Source: Pseudomonadota bacterium
Lineage (GTDB): Bacteria > Bdellovibrionota > Bdellovibrionia > Bdellovibrionales > Bdellovibrionaceae
DNA: 64,000 nt
Assembly (NCBI GenBank): GCA_041178425.1
Contig: JBEGVH010000014.1
Span: 1-64,000, forward strand
Direction: 5' to 3'
Every line of letters begins with the position of its first letter. The stretch's first letter is position 1. A model generated the notes under the pieces. That model searched no databases. It saw nothing but the letters and a program-made list of their open reading frames with translations, and was not told the DNA's origin. The translations under genes and the position numbers were made by a program. Of this stretch, positions 19,691 through 29,450 are shown piece by piece.

Positions 19691-20456
19691 TTTTACGTTT
19701 GAGCCTATTGCTTATTTTGAATGTAATAAAAAGCAAAACCTCGAAGCGAGCTCTCAAGGAATCCTCGACCCCGACTCAATAGGATTAATTGATCTGAAAA
19801 AGTATCCCCAGCACAAAGAAATGCTCGAATCCCTCGATGGGTTTTCTCACTTATGGATAATTTTTATTTTTCATCAAAACAGTGGTACCTGGAAACCCAA
19901 GGTGCTTCCTCCTCGAGCGAATAAAAAAGTTGGGGTTTTTGCCAGCCGCAGCCCCTATCGCCCTTCACCCATCGGAATGTCGGCCGTCAAAATTGATCGC
20001 ATTGAGGGTTCGAAAATTTATGTTTCGGGGCACGACCTTGTGGATCAAACTCCAATTCTCGATATTAAGCCCTATCTCACTTACGCCGATTCGTTTCCAG
20101 AGGCGAAGAGAGGTTGGCTCGATGAAACAGATATCTATCAAGTAGAGATCGGAGATATCGCGCGAAAGAAAATTGATTTTCTCAAATCGCAAGGCTTAAT
20201 GGAGATGGAAGCGACCATCGAGCAACAGCTTCGCTTCCATCCCACCGACAAACAACGCAAACGAGTACGACCACTCAATGAAAGCCCTCATCACTTTATT
20301 TTTTCCTACCGCACCTGGCGGATCTTCTTTGAACTCAGAGATAAAACAGTGTTCATCTCCGACATAAAGAGCGGCTATACTCAAGAAGAACTCACAATGA
20401 GCGAAGATCCTTTTGCGGATAAGTCGACGCATCGCTCATTTAATTTATTAAAATAA
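19680..20456 (+). CDS. tsaA: tRNA t6A37 N6-methyltransferase TrmO
   Basis: GFSHLWIIFIFH, GVFASRSPYRPSPIGMS, DLVDQTPILDIKPY. Confidence 0.92.
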   Translation: MQNSFTFEPIAYFECNKKQNLEASSQGILDPDSIGLIDLKKYPQHKEMLESLDGFSHLWIIFIFHQNSGTWKPKVLPPRANKKVGVFASRSPYRPSPIGMSAVKIDRIEGSKIYVSGHDLVDQTPILDIKPYLTYADSFPEAKRGWLDETDIYQVEIGDIARKKIDFLKSQGLMEMEATIEQQLRFHPTDKQRKRVRPLNESPHHFIFSYRTWRIFFELRDKTVFISDIKSGYTQEELTMSEDPFADKSTHRSFNLLK

Positions 20457-20520
20457 TCATCATCGAAACCATTGAGCCCTAGATTTTGACAATCTTAATT
20501 TTTTACTTAAGGAAAAAACC

Positions 20521-22134
20521 CTAATGCGACAAAGACTGAGCACAAGTTTTAGCACTGATCGAAACTTTTAAGTAATTTTTGAAGACCTCGGTAAATTCCC
20601 TGTTCACTCGACTATTCCAGGAATTATCGACCTTCATTGCTACTCTGCGCATGGCGAGAATCTTTTCAGGATTTTGTTGATAAAGGGCCAAGGACTTTTC
20701 GAGGGATGAAAGCAAGGAGTTGGTGGTCGCCTTAACATCGTAGCCAGATCGATCATCTTTCCACACAATATCAAATAAAAAACCTGACACATCGTCGTGA
20801 ACGGAATTGGAGAGTCCACCCACCCGACTTAATATCGGAATCGTTCCGTTCTTCAAAGCAAACATTTGATTGAGTCCAGAAGGCTCAAACCAAGCGGCAT
20901 TAATGAAAAAGTCACCATAGGCTTTAAGAAACTTTTCTGATCGCTCAGAAAACTTCTGGTACCGCAACTTATTGGGAAACTTTTGTTCCAGTGCCTTTAA
21001 TTTTTGGATATAGGCCTCTTCGCCATCACCAATCACAACGAACTGGGCCTCACGTTGATCTAAAAATTGTTCGATGGCCTGAGGCAAATACTCATACCCT
21101 TTTTGCTCTGCCACCCGTGACGTTAAAATATAGATGGGACTATCAGACTTTACTGGAAGGTTTAATTCTTTTTGCAAAGCCGCTTTACCAGTGGCCTTGC
21201 CAGTGAGGTCATTCGCTGTAAAAGTCCACTGTACAGCCTCGTGATAAGATTGGGCGGGGTCCCACTTTGAGTTGTCAATACCGTTCAAGATACCCACGAG
21301 GCGATTTTCTTCGTTGGTTTTTCTCATGAGACCATCAAGCCCGGCTCCAAAAAGCGGAGTGGAAATCTCGCGAGCATAATTAGGCGATACTGTGTAAACC
21401 ATGTCGCTCATAAGTATCGCCGCCTTCAGATAATTGACTTTGCCGTAGAATTCTATTCCGTGCTCGACGGCAAAATAGTCCGACGGAATTCCTAATGTCT
21501 CTAACATAGAGACCGGATACAAGCCTTGAAAGGCCAGATTATGAATCGCCGTCACGACTTTGGGAACACGTCGTCCCTGTTTTTTTGCCATATCTAAAAA
21601 CAGAGCCACCAATGAACTGTGCCAATCATTTAAAATAACGATATCATAATTTTGTTGAACAATGTATTCGCTCACTGCCTTCGACCAAGCACCAAATCCC
21701 TCACCGAGCGTAGCCTCGGGTCCGTAAAACTTTTTACCTTGGGTATTGCGATTGTCGAAATAATTATTCTTTGTTGATGCGTGCCTAAAAAAAACAATTT
21801 CTCCTTCATTTTTAGCCGGTGCCTTAACCACAAAAAATTCAGCCTCTCGCTGAGCCCGTCCCTCTCGAACATCTAAACCAATATCGATGTGTTGGTTTGA
21901 ATAACTCAAATTACTGGGAGCATTCATTTGTAAATAATAAGGCATCGCAATATCAGCATGAATTCCCTCTTCGTTAAATGCCGAGGCCAAGCCACCCACC
22001 GCATGAGCCAAACCACCCGTCTGAAAAATCCCGGTGGTTTCTGCACTCACCAGCAACACTCGCGTTTTATGAGACGCCCAAAGGAAGTTTTGAAAGAAAA
22101 GTACCGACAAACTCACTAAGATTGCATTCTTCAT
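20521..22134 (-). CDS. glgA: Glycogen/starch synthase (GT5) with an N-terminal signal peptide
   Basis: QTGGL, NDWH, IHNLAFQG, TVSPNYAREI, GILNGID, SRVAEQKG, FEPSGLNQM, VGGL. A 20-aa signal-like extension precedes the first strand. Confidence 0.88.
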   Translation of the reverse strand: MKNAILVSLSVLFFQNFLWASHKTRVLLVSAETTGIFQTGGLAHAVGGLASAFNEEGIHADIAMPYYLQMNAPSNLSYSNQHIDIGLDVREGRAQREAEFFVVKAPAKNEGEIVFFRHASTKNNYFDNRNTQGKKFYGPEATLGEGFGAWSKAVSEYIVQQNYDIVILNDWHSSLVALFLDMAKKQGRRVPKVVTAIHNLAFQGLYPVSMLETLGIPSDYFAVEHGIEFYGKVNYLKAAILMSDMVYTVSPNYAREISTPLFGAGLDGLMRKTNEENRLVGILNGIDNSKWDPAQSYHEAVQWTFTANDLTGKATGKAALQKELNLPVKSDSPIYILTSRVAEQKGYEYLPQAIEQFLDQREAQFVVIGDGEEAYIQKLKALEQKFPNKLRYQKFSERSEKFLKAYGDFFINAAWFEPSGLNQMFALKNGTIPILSRVGGLSNSVHDDVSGFLFDIVWKDDRSGYDVKATTNSLLSSLEKSLALYQQNPEKILAMRRVAMKVDNSWNSRVNREFTEVFKNYLKVSISAKTCAQSLSH

Positions 22135-22192
22135 AGGACTTCTACCGCCTTTAAGTAAACAAAACCTGTATAATTAAAACCAAAGCTAACCC

Positions 22193-22208
22193 AGCAATTG
22201 GCATTCCA
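22193..22208 (-). promoter_or_regulatory. Sigma-54 (-24/-12) promoter of the glgA-like gene
   Basis: TGGAATGCCAATTGCT, GG-N10-GC, about 60 nt upstream of the start. Confidence 0.65.
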
Positions 22209-22500
22209 GGCCCTGCTCAAATATGTTTAAAGAACACCCCTCAAGACCGTCAAAGGTATCGCCGAACTGACGGTTTCCGCTCTTTTTTTGGGTGGGATGG
22301 CCAATCCATGGCCTCCGCAATTTGACTTCTAGCCATCGCCCCCCAAAAAAATAATCCGTGAAAAGTAAAAAGTACCTAAATATTTTTTATTGAAATGTCT
22401 AACAATTTTCGTCAGCACCATTAATCACTTCGATAGCGGGGTTTTAAAATGCTTTTTAGGTGTCACCCTGCTTGCAACAGCAAGGATGGATGGAGGCGCC

Positions 22501-23115
22501 ATGAAGAAGACATTTTCACTTTTAGTTTTTGGGGTACTGAGCATCCTCTCCAGTTTGGCGCATTCAGCACCTGCCGAGGTCACTATTCAAAGTATTTCAA
22601 CCAGTGGCGAAGGGTGTCCTGAGGGGCAAACCGCGGTTACAATTGCTCCAGACCAAAAATCATTCTCAGTTTTGTTTGACCAACTACTCACAGAAAGCAA
22701 TCAGCAAACTCCACTGAGTCAAAAAGAATGTTATCTTACAATCACCAGTAAGGTGCCGGCTGGATGGCGCTACGTCTTTCATGCCGATGACTACCGCGGC
22801 TTCGCCCAAAGTGAAAAAGGCAGTCAATCAACCCTAAGATTATTTTATCATTGGCTTAATCCAAAAAATCGTTGGGTATTAATTGGCAAAAAACAAAAAC
22901 AGTTTAATACTAACTTCAATGACAATTTTACTATTCACAAAGACGCAAAGATCCTTCAACCCCAGCGCCATCGCTGTGAGGAGCATCTAGAAACCGTTCA
23001 CATACAAATTCAAATGAGAAGCCGCTCACAAACCAAGATGGTCACATCAAGCCAAATGGCAATCGACTCCTTCGACGGACGCATAGAAGGACTGAAGCAA
23101 AGTTGTGGCTATTGA
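22501..23115 (+). CDS. DUF4360-family secreted protein
   Basis: ATG after GGAGG. Signal peptide, SGEGCPEG, FSVLFD, KECYL, VPAGW, DYRGFA. Confidence 0.8.
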   Translation: MKKTFSLLVFGVLSILSSLAHSAPAEVTIQSISTSGEGCPEGQTAVTIAPDQKSFSVLFDQLLTESNQQTPLSQKECYLTITSKVPAGWRYVFHADDYRGFAQSEKGSQSTLRLFYHWLNPKNRWVLIGKKQKQFNTNFNDNFTIHKDAKILQPQRHRCEEHLETVHIQIQMRSRSQTKMVTSSQMAIDSFDGRIEGLKQSCGY

Positions 23116-23180
23116 GCCTTTTTAAAATTTAAAACATTAGAGGGGCAAGGGATAAAGTCAAATGGGGAAGAAATCAAAGT

Positions 23181-24590
23181 TTACCATTCGATGAGTACAG
23201 CACCAGGAGCGCCTTTGCCAGATTCAGCGTAATACCCATGAACGTGATCTGTCCCTCCACCTCCAGCACCAATAAATTGACCAGCTCCACCGGGTCCACC
23301 CATACCGTAGGAACCACCAACTCCGATTCTTTTTCCTCGAAAAGACAAGCTCTCGCCAAATCCAGGACTATAAATGCTAATAGGAGCCCCTCCTCCCCCG
23401 CCTTTTCCCCTGGCAACCTCAACTCCATTTCTTATGACTATGGTTGGCTGCCCATCATTACCGAATCGACCCATACCAACTGGAACAGGAACACCTCCAC
23501 TGCCTATCGTGACTTGAATGATGTCCCCTTCTTTTACCGCAATTGTCTTAAGTTCAACTTTTCCTCGATACCCGCCATCAGGTTCTCCCCTCTGATCACT
23601 GCCAGAACCACCAGATCCCCCACCGCCAATGGCAGTTATGGTAATCTTGGAGACGCCCTTCGGTACAGTCCAAGAAAGCGATGTTTGAAAGGGAGCACCA
23701 GCTAGGCGAGCCGCCTGACCTCCATTAGTAAGAATCCAAATAGAGCCTTTCGCTACAACAGGAGGGGGCGTGGGTGTGGGTGGATTTACTTTTGGTGGCC
23801 CAGGGGGAGTCACTCCCGCCACAATGGTGCCGCCATCCCACCATTGTGGAACAGTGTATGGATCAACGCGAGCCGCACAATCAAAGGTGGCATTGATCCC
23901 ACCCGTCCAGGTGAAGGAAGAAACAAAATGAGTAATCTCACACGTCACTGGATTGGGAAGATCTTGGCAATGAGGTTCCAGCGTTGAAGGGTTCACTGCA
24001 TCGATAAATTTTCCATCGCCACAGGTGGGAATTCCGCGACATCGAGGTCTTCCATCCGCCGTGAAAATTCCAGTATAAAGAGGTTTTCCGGGGTCGGATT
24101 TAAAACAATCGTAATCTATAGCTTGCAAAACTTCTTTGGGAATCACTTGCGAAATTTCAATGGGATGGAGTGAAAAATTCACCCCCGTATAGCGAATTCT
24201 TGCTTTGAAGAGGGGCTTGCTCGCATCTACTTTATCTAAACTCAATTGATCAACAACGATACCACAATCAATTTGACCCGACTCACATTGGGAACCAGGA
24301 ACCACCGTTGGTTTATCGGTGTAAGCGGAAAAGGCCGCCACATTAAGCGTACAAGAAGCCACCCCCGAAACGGTATCACAATTATTATAGGAGGAGGGTT
24401 CAGAAGCCAAATCAACCATCTTTTGCTGAACTGACGTCATGATCGATTTCGCTCGGGCAATTGTTTTTCGATCGTTAATCACCTTACTAATTGAAGAGGC
24501 CATCACGGCCAATCCAGCCACAAGCGCCACTGCGATCAGTGCTGTGACCAAGGCATCCCCGGCCTGGCTCTTAAGGCTGGACTTCTTCAT
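23181..24590 (-). CDS. Pilin-like protein with Cys-rich body, Pro linker and C-terminal Gly-rich domain
   Basis: Class III-like leader KSQAG|DALVTALIAV; TPPGPPKVNPPTPTPPP; WTVPKGVSKITITAIGGGGSGG...GAPGAVLIEW. Confidence 0.75.
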   Translation of the reverse strand: MKKSSLKSQAGDALVTALIAVALVAGLAVMASSISKVINDRKTIARAKSIMTSVQQKMVDLASEPSSYNNCDTVSGVASCTLNVAAFSAYTDKPTVVPGSQCESGQIDCGIVVDQLSLDKVDASKPLFKARIRYTGVNFSLHPIEISQVIPKEVLQAIDYDCFKSDPGKPLYTGIFTADGRPRCRGIPTCGDGKFIDAVNPSTLEPHCQDLPNPVTCEITHFVSSFTWTGGINATFDCAARVDPYTVPQWWDGGTIVAGVTPPGPPKVNPPTPTPPPVVAKGSIWILTNGGQAARLAGAPFQTSLSWTVPKGVSKITITAIGGGGSGGSGSDQRGEPDGGYRGKVELKTIAVKEGDIIQVTIGSGGVPVPVGMGRFGNDGQPTIVIRNGVEVARGKGGGGGAPISIYSPGFGESLSFRGKRIGVGGSYGMGGPGGAGQFIGAGGGGTDHVHGYYAESGKGAPGAVLIEW

Positions 24591-25825
24591 AACACCACCG
24601 CGTCTACGGTTTGTGGTTCAGCTAAATCACAACGGCCAGTCATTTGAACGTTAGCACTCCAACTAGGACTCCCACCTCCACACTGGCACGACGGCTGCGG
24701 ATAGGTAATCACTTGGGCCGAGGCCGTTGTTCCGCTCGTGGAACACTGTTCTTTACCTGGTACTGGGGCTAAAGTTTCACCACCGCCACAAGGACACATG
24801 GCCCCCGGATCTTCTTCTGTTCCGCACGAACAATAACAAATACCACATTGCACACTCTGAGATACAACATCGACCAAATAACAACTATTTACTTGAGCAT
24901 TATAATGCCTTGGACAGGCCGTCAGATTAACAGATGGCGCAGGTGGGTTGGGGGCCGGATTAAACTTACCCAACCAGGCCACGGTGTCTTTTCCCATGAA
25001 AACACACTTGCCTTTCGCTCTTGTTGGATCATCGAGATTCGCAGGTGAAAAAGCGTTCAAAGAATAATTCGCAGGACACGCTAAAACTTGCATCGGCACA
25101 CAAACCAACTCTAGACTACCAAAGGCACCATGGTTCGGATTGTATTTGATCGACTTACCAAGTGAATTAGGCGGACAAACCTCTTGAGGTTTTAACAGGC
25201 AATGAATCTCTCCCGTGTCGCGAACAAATCCTGTGGCGGCTAAGTCGGTGTTAGAATCACATTCAATCTTATTTTGTTTACCTTTGTATATATCATGTGG
25301 CAATGACACTGTAAACTGAGTGAGTGCTCCGGAACCTTTTTCTCCTAAACTTGCGAGAATTTGAGAAGAATCCAATTGAGCAGAAATCCTGTAGGCGGCC
25401 AAACAATCTCCAGCAGAACAACGAATAGCCACTTCACTTTTTACAAGGCAAGTTCCAGTTCCAAAATTTGCACAATTAGTACCATTCACCACATCAATAC
25501 CAACCGCTGAACCAATGGCTCCGACCCTGACACCCTCTTTATTAAAAATAAGGTTCGCCAAAGCGCCAGTATTAGCGATCTTTAGGGCATCTTTTTGCTC
25601 TTGAGTATAGCTACTGACATCTCTTAAGGCGATTAATAACGCCGACTCTACTTCTAATTGTTTATTAGTGACTCGCGTAAGTAGACTCTCTTTGAAAAGC
25701 CCTTGCATAGACGAATGCAAGACCAAGCCCACCATCGCAAGAATCCCCGCCCCCACTAAGGCAGAAACAAGACTAATGCCTTTTGAATTGAGCTGATAAC
25801 TTTGCAATAGTTTACCCCTTCTCAT
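24587..25825 (-). CDS. Pilin-like Cys-rich protein
   Basis: NSKG|ISLVSALVGAGILAMVGL leader; more than 20 Cys; ATGA overlaps with both neighbours. Confidence 0.75.
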   Translation of the reverse strand: MRRGKLLQSYQLNSKGISLVSALVGAGILAMVGLVLHSSMQGLFKESLLTRVTNKQLEVESALLIALRDVSSYTQEQKDALKIANTGALANLIFNKEGVRVGAIGSAVGIDVVNGTNCANFGTGTCLVKSEVAIRCSAGDCLAAYRISAQLDSSQILASLGEKGSGALTQFTVSLPHDIYKGKQNKIECDSNTDLAATGFVRDTGEIHCLLKPQEVCPPNSLGKSIKYNPNHGAFGSLELVCVPMQVLACPANYSLNAFSPANLDDPTRAKGKCVFMGKDTVAWLGKFNPAPNPPAPSVNLTACPRHYNAQVNSCYLVDVVSQSVQCGICYCSCGTEEDPGAMCPCGGGETLAPVPGKEQCSTSGTTASAQVITYPQPSCQCGGGSPSWSANVQMTGRCDLAEPQTVDAVVL

Positions 25826-26661
25826 TCTGGGTTTCCGCACTGAGGCTGGTTGTTTCCTAATCCAATATTTTTAAATCCAAAACTCGCACATTGGCTTTTG
25901 GCGAGTTGTTGCCAATCAGAATCCGATGCCGGCTCCGTTGCAAACCAGCGAAGAGGCTCTTGAAGCGGACTCGCATTCACACCTGTAAAGGGGGTGCAAA
26001 GAGCCGACAAAGTGGGGTAATCAATGCCTGCTAAAATATTAACTTCAGCGCAGGCAAAATCTATGGCTTCTCGGGAAACGAGGGCTAAACCCGGTACTTG
26101 CACCGTTCCTGATCGGTCCACAAAAGGGTTTGGAGTGTTACCATTCAGCTTTTTGTAAGTGGTATCAACCCTTACTAAGATTGCATCACACGATGTGTCT
26201 TGAGAGCAGAGAATACGATAACGAGTTGTCCGCTGAATGGGGCACAAATCGGTTGGTAGTACTCCGTCGCAGCGACCACCAGTCTCTGAGAAAATCCCAT
26301 TTAGCTCTTCAAATCCCTTGGCGGCGAAGGGTTTAAACCCACCGGCTGCAAATGCCATACAACCAGCACCCTTTCTCTTGAGACATTTAGCAAGTTCTGA
26401 GCTATCGGTAATGACCAATTCTTCATAAAGAATCCTAGAGGACCGACCCAAGTGCATTCCCGATGTCTGCAAACTATCAATCGTTCCTTGAGCACTAGCC
26501 CTGGCCGACATATTGAACGAATCGACTAAAAGAGAATTAGCTACCAAGATCACAAGTCCAAAAAAAACCATCCCAATAAGTAGCTCTGGCAATGTGGCCC
26601 CATGAGCAGCATTAAAATGAGGCAAGCCCTTTGAATAAACGGACGGTTTTGCTGAATTCAT
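25822..26661 (-). CDS. Prepilin-type N-terminal cleavage/methylation protein
   Basis: HG|ATLPELLIGMVFFG with Glu5; several Cys pairs. Start uncertain (26661 or 26697). Confidence 0.75.
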   Translation of the reverse strand: MNSAKPSVYSKGLPHFNAAHGATLPELLIGMVFFGLVILVANSLLVDSFNMSARASAQGTIDSLQTSGMHLGRSSRILYEELVITDSSELAKCLKRKGAGCMAFAAGGFKPFAAKGFEELNGIFSETGGRCDGVLPTDLCPIQRTTRYRILCSQDTSCDAILVRVDTTYKKLNGNTPNPFVDRSGTVQVPGLALVSREAIDFACAEVNILAGIDYPTLSALCTPFTGVNASPLQEPLRWFATEPASDSDWQQLAKSQCASFGFKNIGLGNNQPQCGNPE

Positions 26662-26889
26662 CTCAAAAATTCTATTTTTTACTAATGGTGCCGTCAATAA
26701 CGGCGGTTGAATAAACTCGATCGCCGAAGGGAGGCCTTTTTTAGACTTAGGAACGTTTCAGATTGATCAATCGATAATTTTTCATCCAACAGAAAAACCG
26801 TTTGTCACGCACTCCCCTTTTGTGGTTTGAACAAGAGAAACAAATTAGAACTTGGATTCAAAACACCCTTTCGATAGAATGAAGGCCTC

Positions 26890-28140
26890 ATGAGAAAACA
26901 AGAAGATATTGTAATTATTGGTGGCGGAATTATTGGAATGTCGATGGCGTACGAACTCAGTCGTCGAGGCGCCCGAGTGACAGTGATCGACAAGGGCGAA
27001 GTGGGTTTTGGATGCTCCTATGGTAATGCTGGCTGGGTGACGCCTTGTTTTGCAATGCCCCTTCCGATGCCGGGCATGTTGCTCAAATCGATCGGCTGGT
27101 TGATGGATCCAGAAAGTCCTCTCTACATCAAACCATCGATGAGCCCCTCTCTATTGAGCTGGCTCACTCGCTTTTTGAGGTCGATGAATCGCCCTTTGAT
27201 GCTTCAATCAATTAATGCGCTTGTCGACCTTTCGAATTACAGCCTCGAAGCGTATGCCCAACTGCACGAGCAATTTCCCAACACTATTAACTACGTTCAA
27301 AATGGTCTTTTGATGGTGAGCCAAACAGAAGCTGGCCTCGCCGCCGCCGAAAATGAGCGCCAACTCGTAGCGCCTCTTGGCATTCCTGGCTCTTTTCTCA
27401 ACGCTGACGACGTTCGTAAACTAGAGCCTGCGGTGATAGGCGATATTAAAGGTGGTGTTTACTTTCCGAAAGAAGCCCACGTTGAACCTTTGGCTGCCGT
27501 AAGAACTTTAGCGGATGCAGCAACCAAATATGGTGCCCGTATTTTGCCTAAGACGGAGGTTTATGATTTCATTATCGAGAACCAAGAAATCAAAGAGATT
27601 CACACCACCCGCGGTCCGATGAAAGCCGATAAATTTGTTCTTGCGACGGGCTCATGGTCTCCGGGACTGGCTAAAAAATTAGGAATTAATATTCCTGTCT
27701 TGGGCGGCAAGGGCTACGCCATTATTACTAACCCGCTTGAAATCCAACCAAAGATCCCTCTCATGTTGGTCGAGAGAAAAATTGCTGTGACTCCAAGAGA
27801 CGGTAGCCTTCGTTTGGCAGGAACATTAGAGCTCGTTAATCCAAGCGATGATTCTATTAGTCCTCGTCGAGTCAACGCCATTATCAAAGGGGCAAGTCGC
27901 TTTTTGAAAGTGCCTGAGAACCCAGAGATCAAAGAACTTTGGCGTGGCCTTCGACCTTGCACTCCCGATGGCGTGCCCGTGGTTGACTACTCGACTCGCC
28001 AAAAAAATCTTCTCATCTCTGCTGGCCACCAAATGCTCGGCTTGCAATCCGCTCCGGGCTCGGCTCGTTTAGCGGCTGATCTTCTCCTTGGTGACACACC
28101 AAAATTTGATCCTCGCCCTTTCCGAGCGAGCCGATTCTAA
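26890..28140 (+). CDS. FAD-dependent D-amino acid dehydrogenase/oxidase (DadA-like)
   Basis: IIGGGIIG, CSYGNAG, VLATGSWS, GKGY, WRGLRPCTPDG, AGHQMLG. Confidence 0.9.
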   Translation: MRKQEDIVIIGGGIIGMSMAYELSRRGARVTVIDKGEVGFGCSYGNAGWVTPCFAMPLPMPGMLLKSIGWLMDPESPLYIKPSMSPSLLSWLTRFLRSMNRPLMLQSINALVDLSNYSLEAYAQLHEQFPNTINYVQNGLLMVSQTEAGLAAAENERQLVAPLGIPGSFLNADDVRKLEPAVIGDIKGGVYFPKEAHVEPLAAVRTLADAATKYGARILPKTEVYDFIIENQEIKEIHTTRGPMKADKFVLATGSWSPGLAKKLGINIPVLGGKGYAIITNPLEIQPKIPLMLVERKIAVTPRDGSLRLAGTLELVNPSDDSISPRRVNAIIKGASRFLKVPENPEIKELWRGLRPCTPDGVPVVDYSTRQKNLLISAGHQMLGLQSAPGSARLAADLLLGDTPKFDPRPFRASRF

Positions 28141-28163
28141 TTTTTTTACTAACTTTCAAAAAG

Positions 28164-28196
28164 AAAAAGCCCTTTCAATTCTGAAAGGGCTTTTTT
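28164..28196. terminator. Bidirectional Rho-independent terminator
   Basis: AAAAAGCCCTTTCA-ATTC-TGAAAGGGCTTTTTT between convergent genes. Confidence 0.9.
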
Positions 28197-28219
28197 GTAT
28201 TTATTGATTTTAATGCCAA

Positions 28220-29191
28220 TTAGAACGTCGGCCATCCCGTGCGATTAACAATCATATCCATAGCATTGGCGCCATTGACATGCGTAGGGAGAATAATCGG
28301 TAACAAAGAGGAATGGCTCGTTAATGAAGTACACGTTCCCGCTGATGTCAAATCAGCAGCGACACACACCTGCGCCGTGGATTGACCACCGCAGTTCGCT
28401 TGGGCAAACTTACCATTAGCATAGACATTAGTCCCATCGGTGATCATTTGCACACCACAACCGAGGCCCGAATAGTTGGCGCTTGAATTACTATAGTTTC
28501 CGTTCACTGCGCTTGATCCCGTGGAAATTGAAAACACACCGGTCGATTTGTTGGCCGTGATGTGCATCACACCTCCCTCATCATTCCCACTCACTCTTTC
28601 AACAGAAACCTGCCAAACATCCATTTCAGTTCCGTCATCCTTAATTTTTGCAAGTACGGCAATAGAAGGTTGATCAATCGTACCCTGATTATAATTCGAA
28701 ATATGAGTGACTTCAGCCAGATACCAATAGCCATTGTCTTTGCCAAAATAAATACTCATGCCGGCGATTCCACTTGGAAACTGATTCACATCTTCTTTGC
28801 ATCCAAATTTCATTGGAAAGCTCAGACCCGTTACAAACGCCCCTGGATTAAAAGTCTGAGTAGTGGCCTCGGCACATTCTGACAAACGAGTGGCCATTTC
28901 ATCTAAACGATCATCGACCATTTTTAAACGATAGAGAAAATCCGTGGGACCCTGAGAAAAAAGTCTGCTTTTCATTTCCTGGAGATTAGCATCGACCAAA
29001 TTCGCTGATGGATCGCTCGACATCATTGAAGCAGCCGTAGACTCCAATCCATCCGGAAGTGTATCTTGCGCGATCTTCAACATTTCTGGAACGGGGCTGG
29101 TGCCTCTCGTCGAACTATCGCTCTTTTTTCCGCAACTAATCATCGTGATCACTACGCCTGCTATCAAACTAAATACAATTTCCTTTCTCAT
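28220..29191 (-). CDS. Hypothetical lipoprotein
   Basis: AGGAGGAG RBS, lipobox MISC, beta-rich Cys-containing C-terminus. Confidence 0.8.
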   Translation of the reverse strand: MRKEIVFSLIAGVVITMISCGKKSDSSTRGTSPVPEMLKIAQDTLPDGLESTAASMMSSDPSANLVDANLQEMKSRLFSQGPTDFLYRLKMVDDRLDEMATRLSECAEATTQTFNPGAFVTGLSFPMKFGCKEDVNQFPSGIAGMSIYFGKDNGYWYLAEVTHISNYNQGTIDQPSIAVLAKIKDDGTEMDVWQVSVERVSGNDEGGVMHITANKSTGVFSISTGSSAVNGNYSNSSANYSGLGCGVQMITDGTNVYANGKFAQANCGGQSTAQVCVAADLTSAGTCTSLTSHSSLLPIILPTHVNGANAMDMIVNRTGWPTF

Positions 29192-29316
29192 ACTCTCCTC
29201 CTTAAGATATTCGAGATCCTCTAATTACAATCAATCCCACAACCAAAGTAAACTCTGATTCCCCTCCCTCCGACTTTCGCCCAACTCTTTCATAATTACG
29301 AACACTCCAAAAAAAA

Positions 29317-29450
29317 GGAAGCGAGCTCCTCTATCTCCATTGCCATCGGAAAAGCGAGTTCGGAGCGCAGCCGAAGGGAACTTGTTCCCGAGGCGAGCAC
29401 CGCTTGTCTGAGCTTTTACGATGGCAATGGAGAGAGAGGCGTTCGCTTCC
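29317..29450. repeat. Long imperfect inverted repeat (39-bp arms) forming a hairpin; MITE/REP-like element or structured RNA
   Basis: Arms 29317-29355 and 29412-29450 match at 35/39. Internal GGGAAC-TT-GTTCCC stem. A8 tract at 29309-29316. Confidence 0.75.

Noticed and set aside
23181..23700. Prophage remnant suggested by the tail-like Gly-rich domain
   Set aside because: No other phage genes or integrase; the domain is fused to a pilin-like protein.
26890..28140. Link between the DadA-like oxidase and putA as a proline/hydroxyproline pathway
   Set aside because: The genes are about 23 kb apart, no racemase/epimerase is in the window, and the substrate cannot be inferred.
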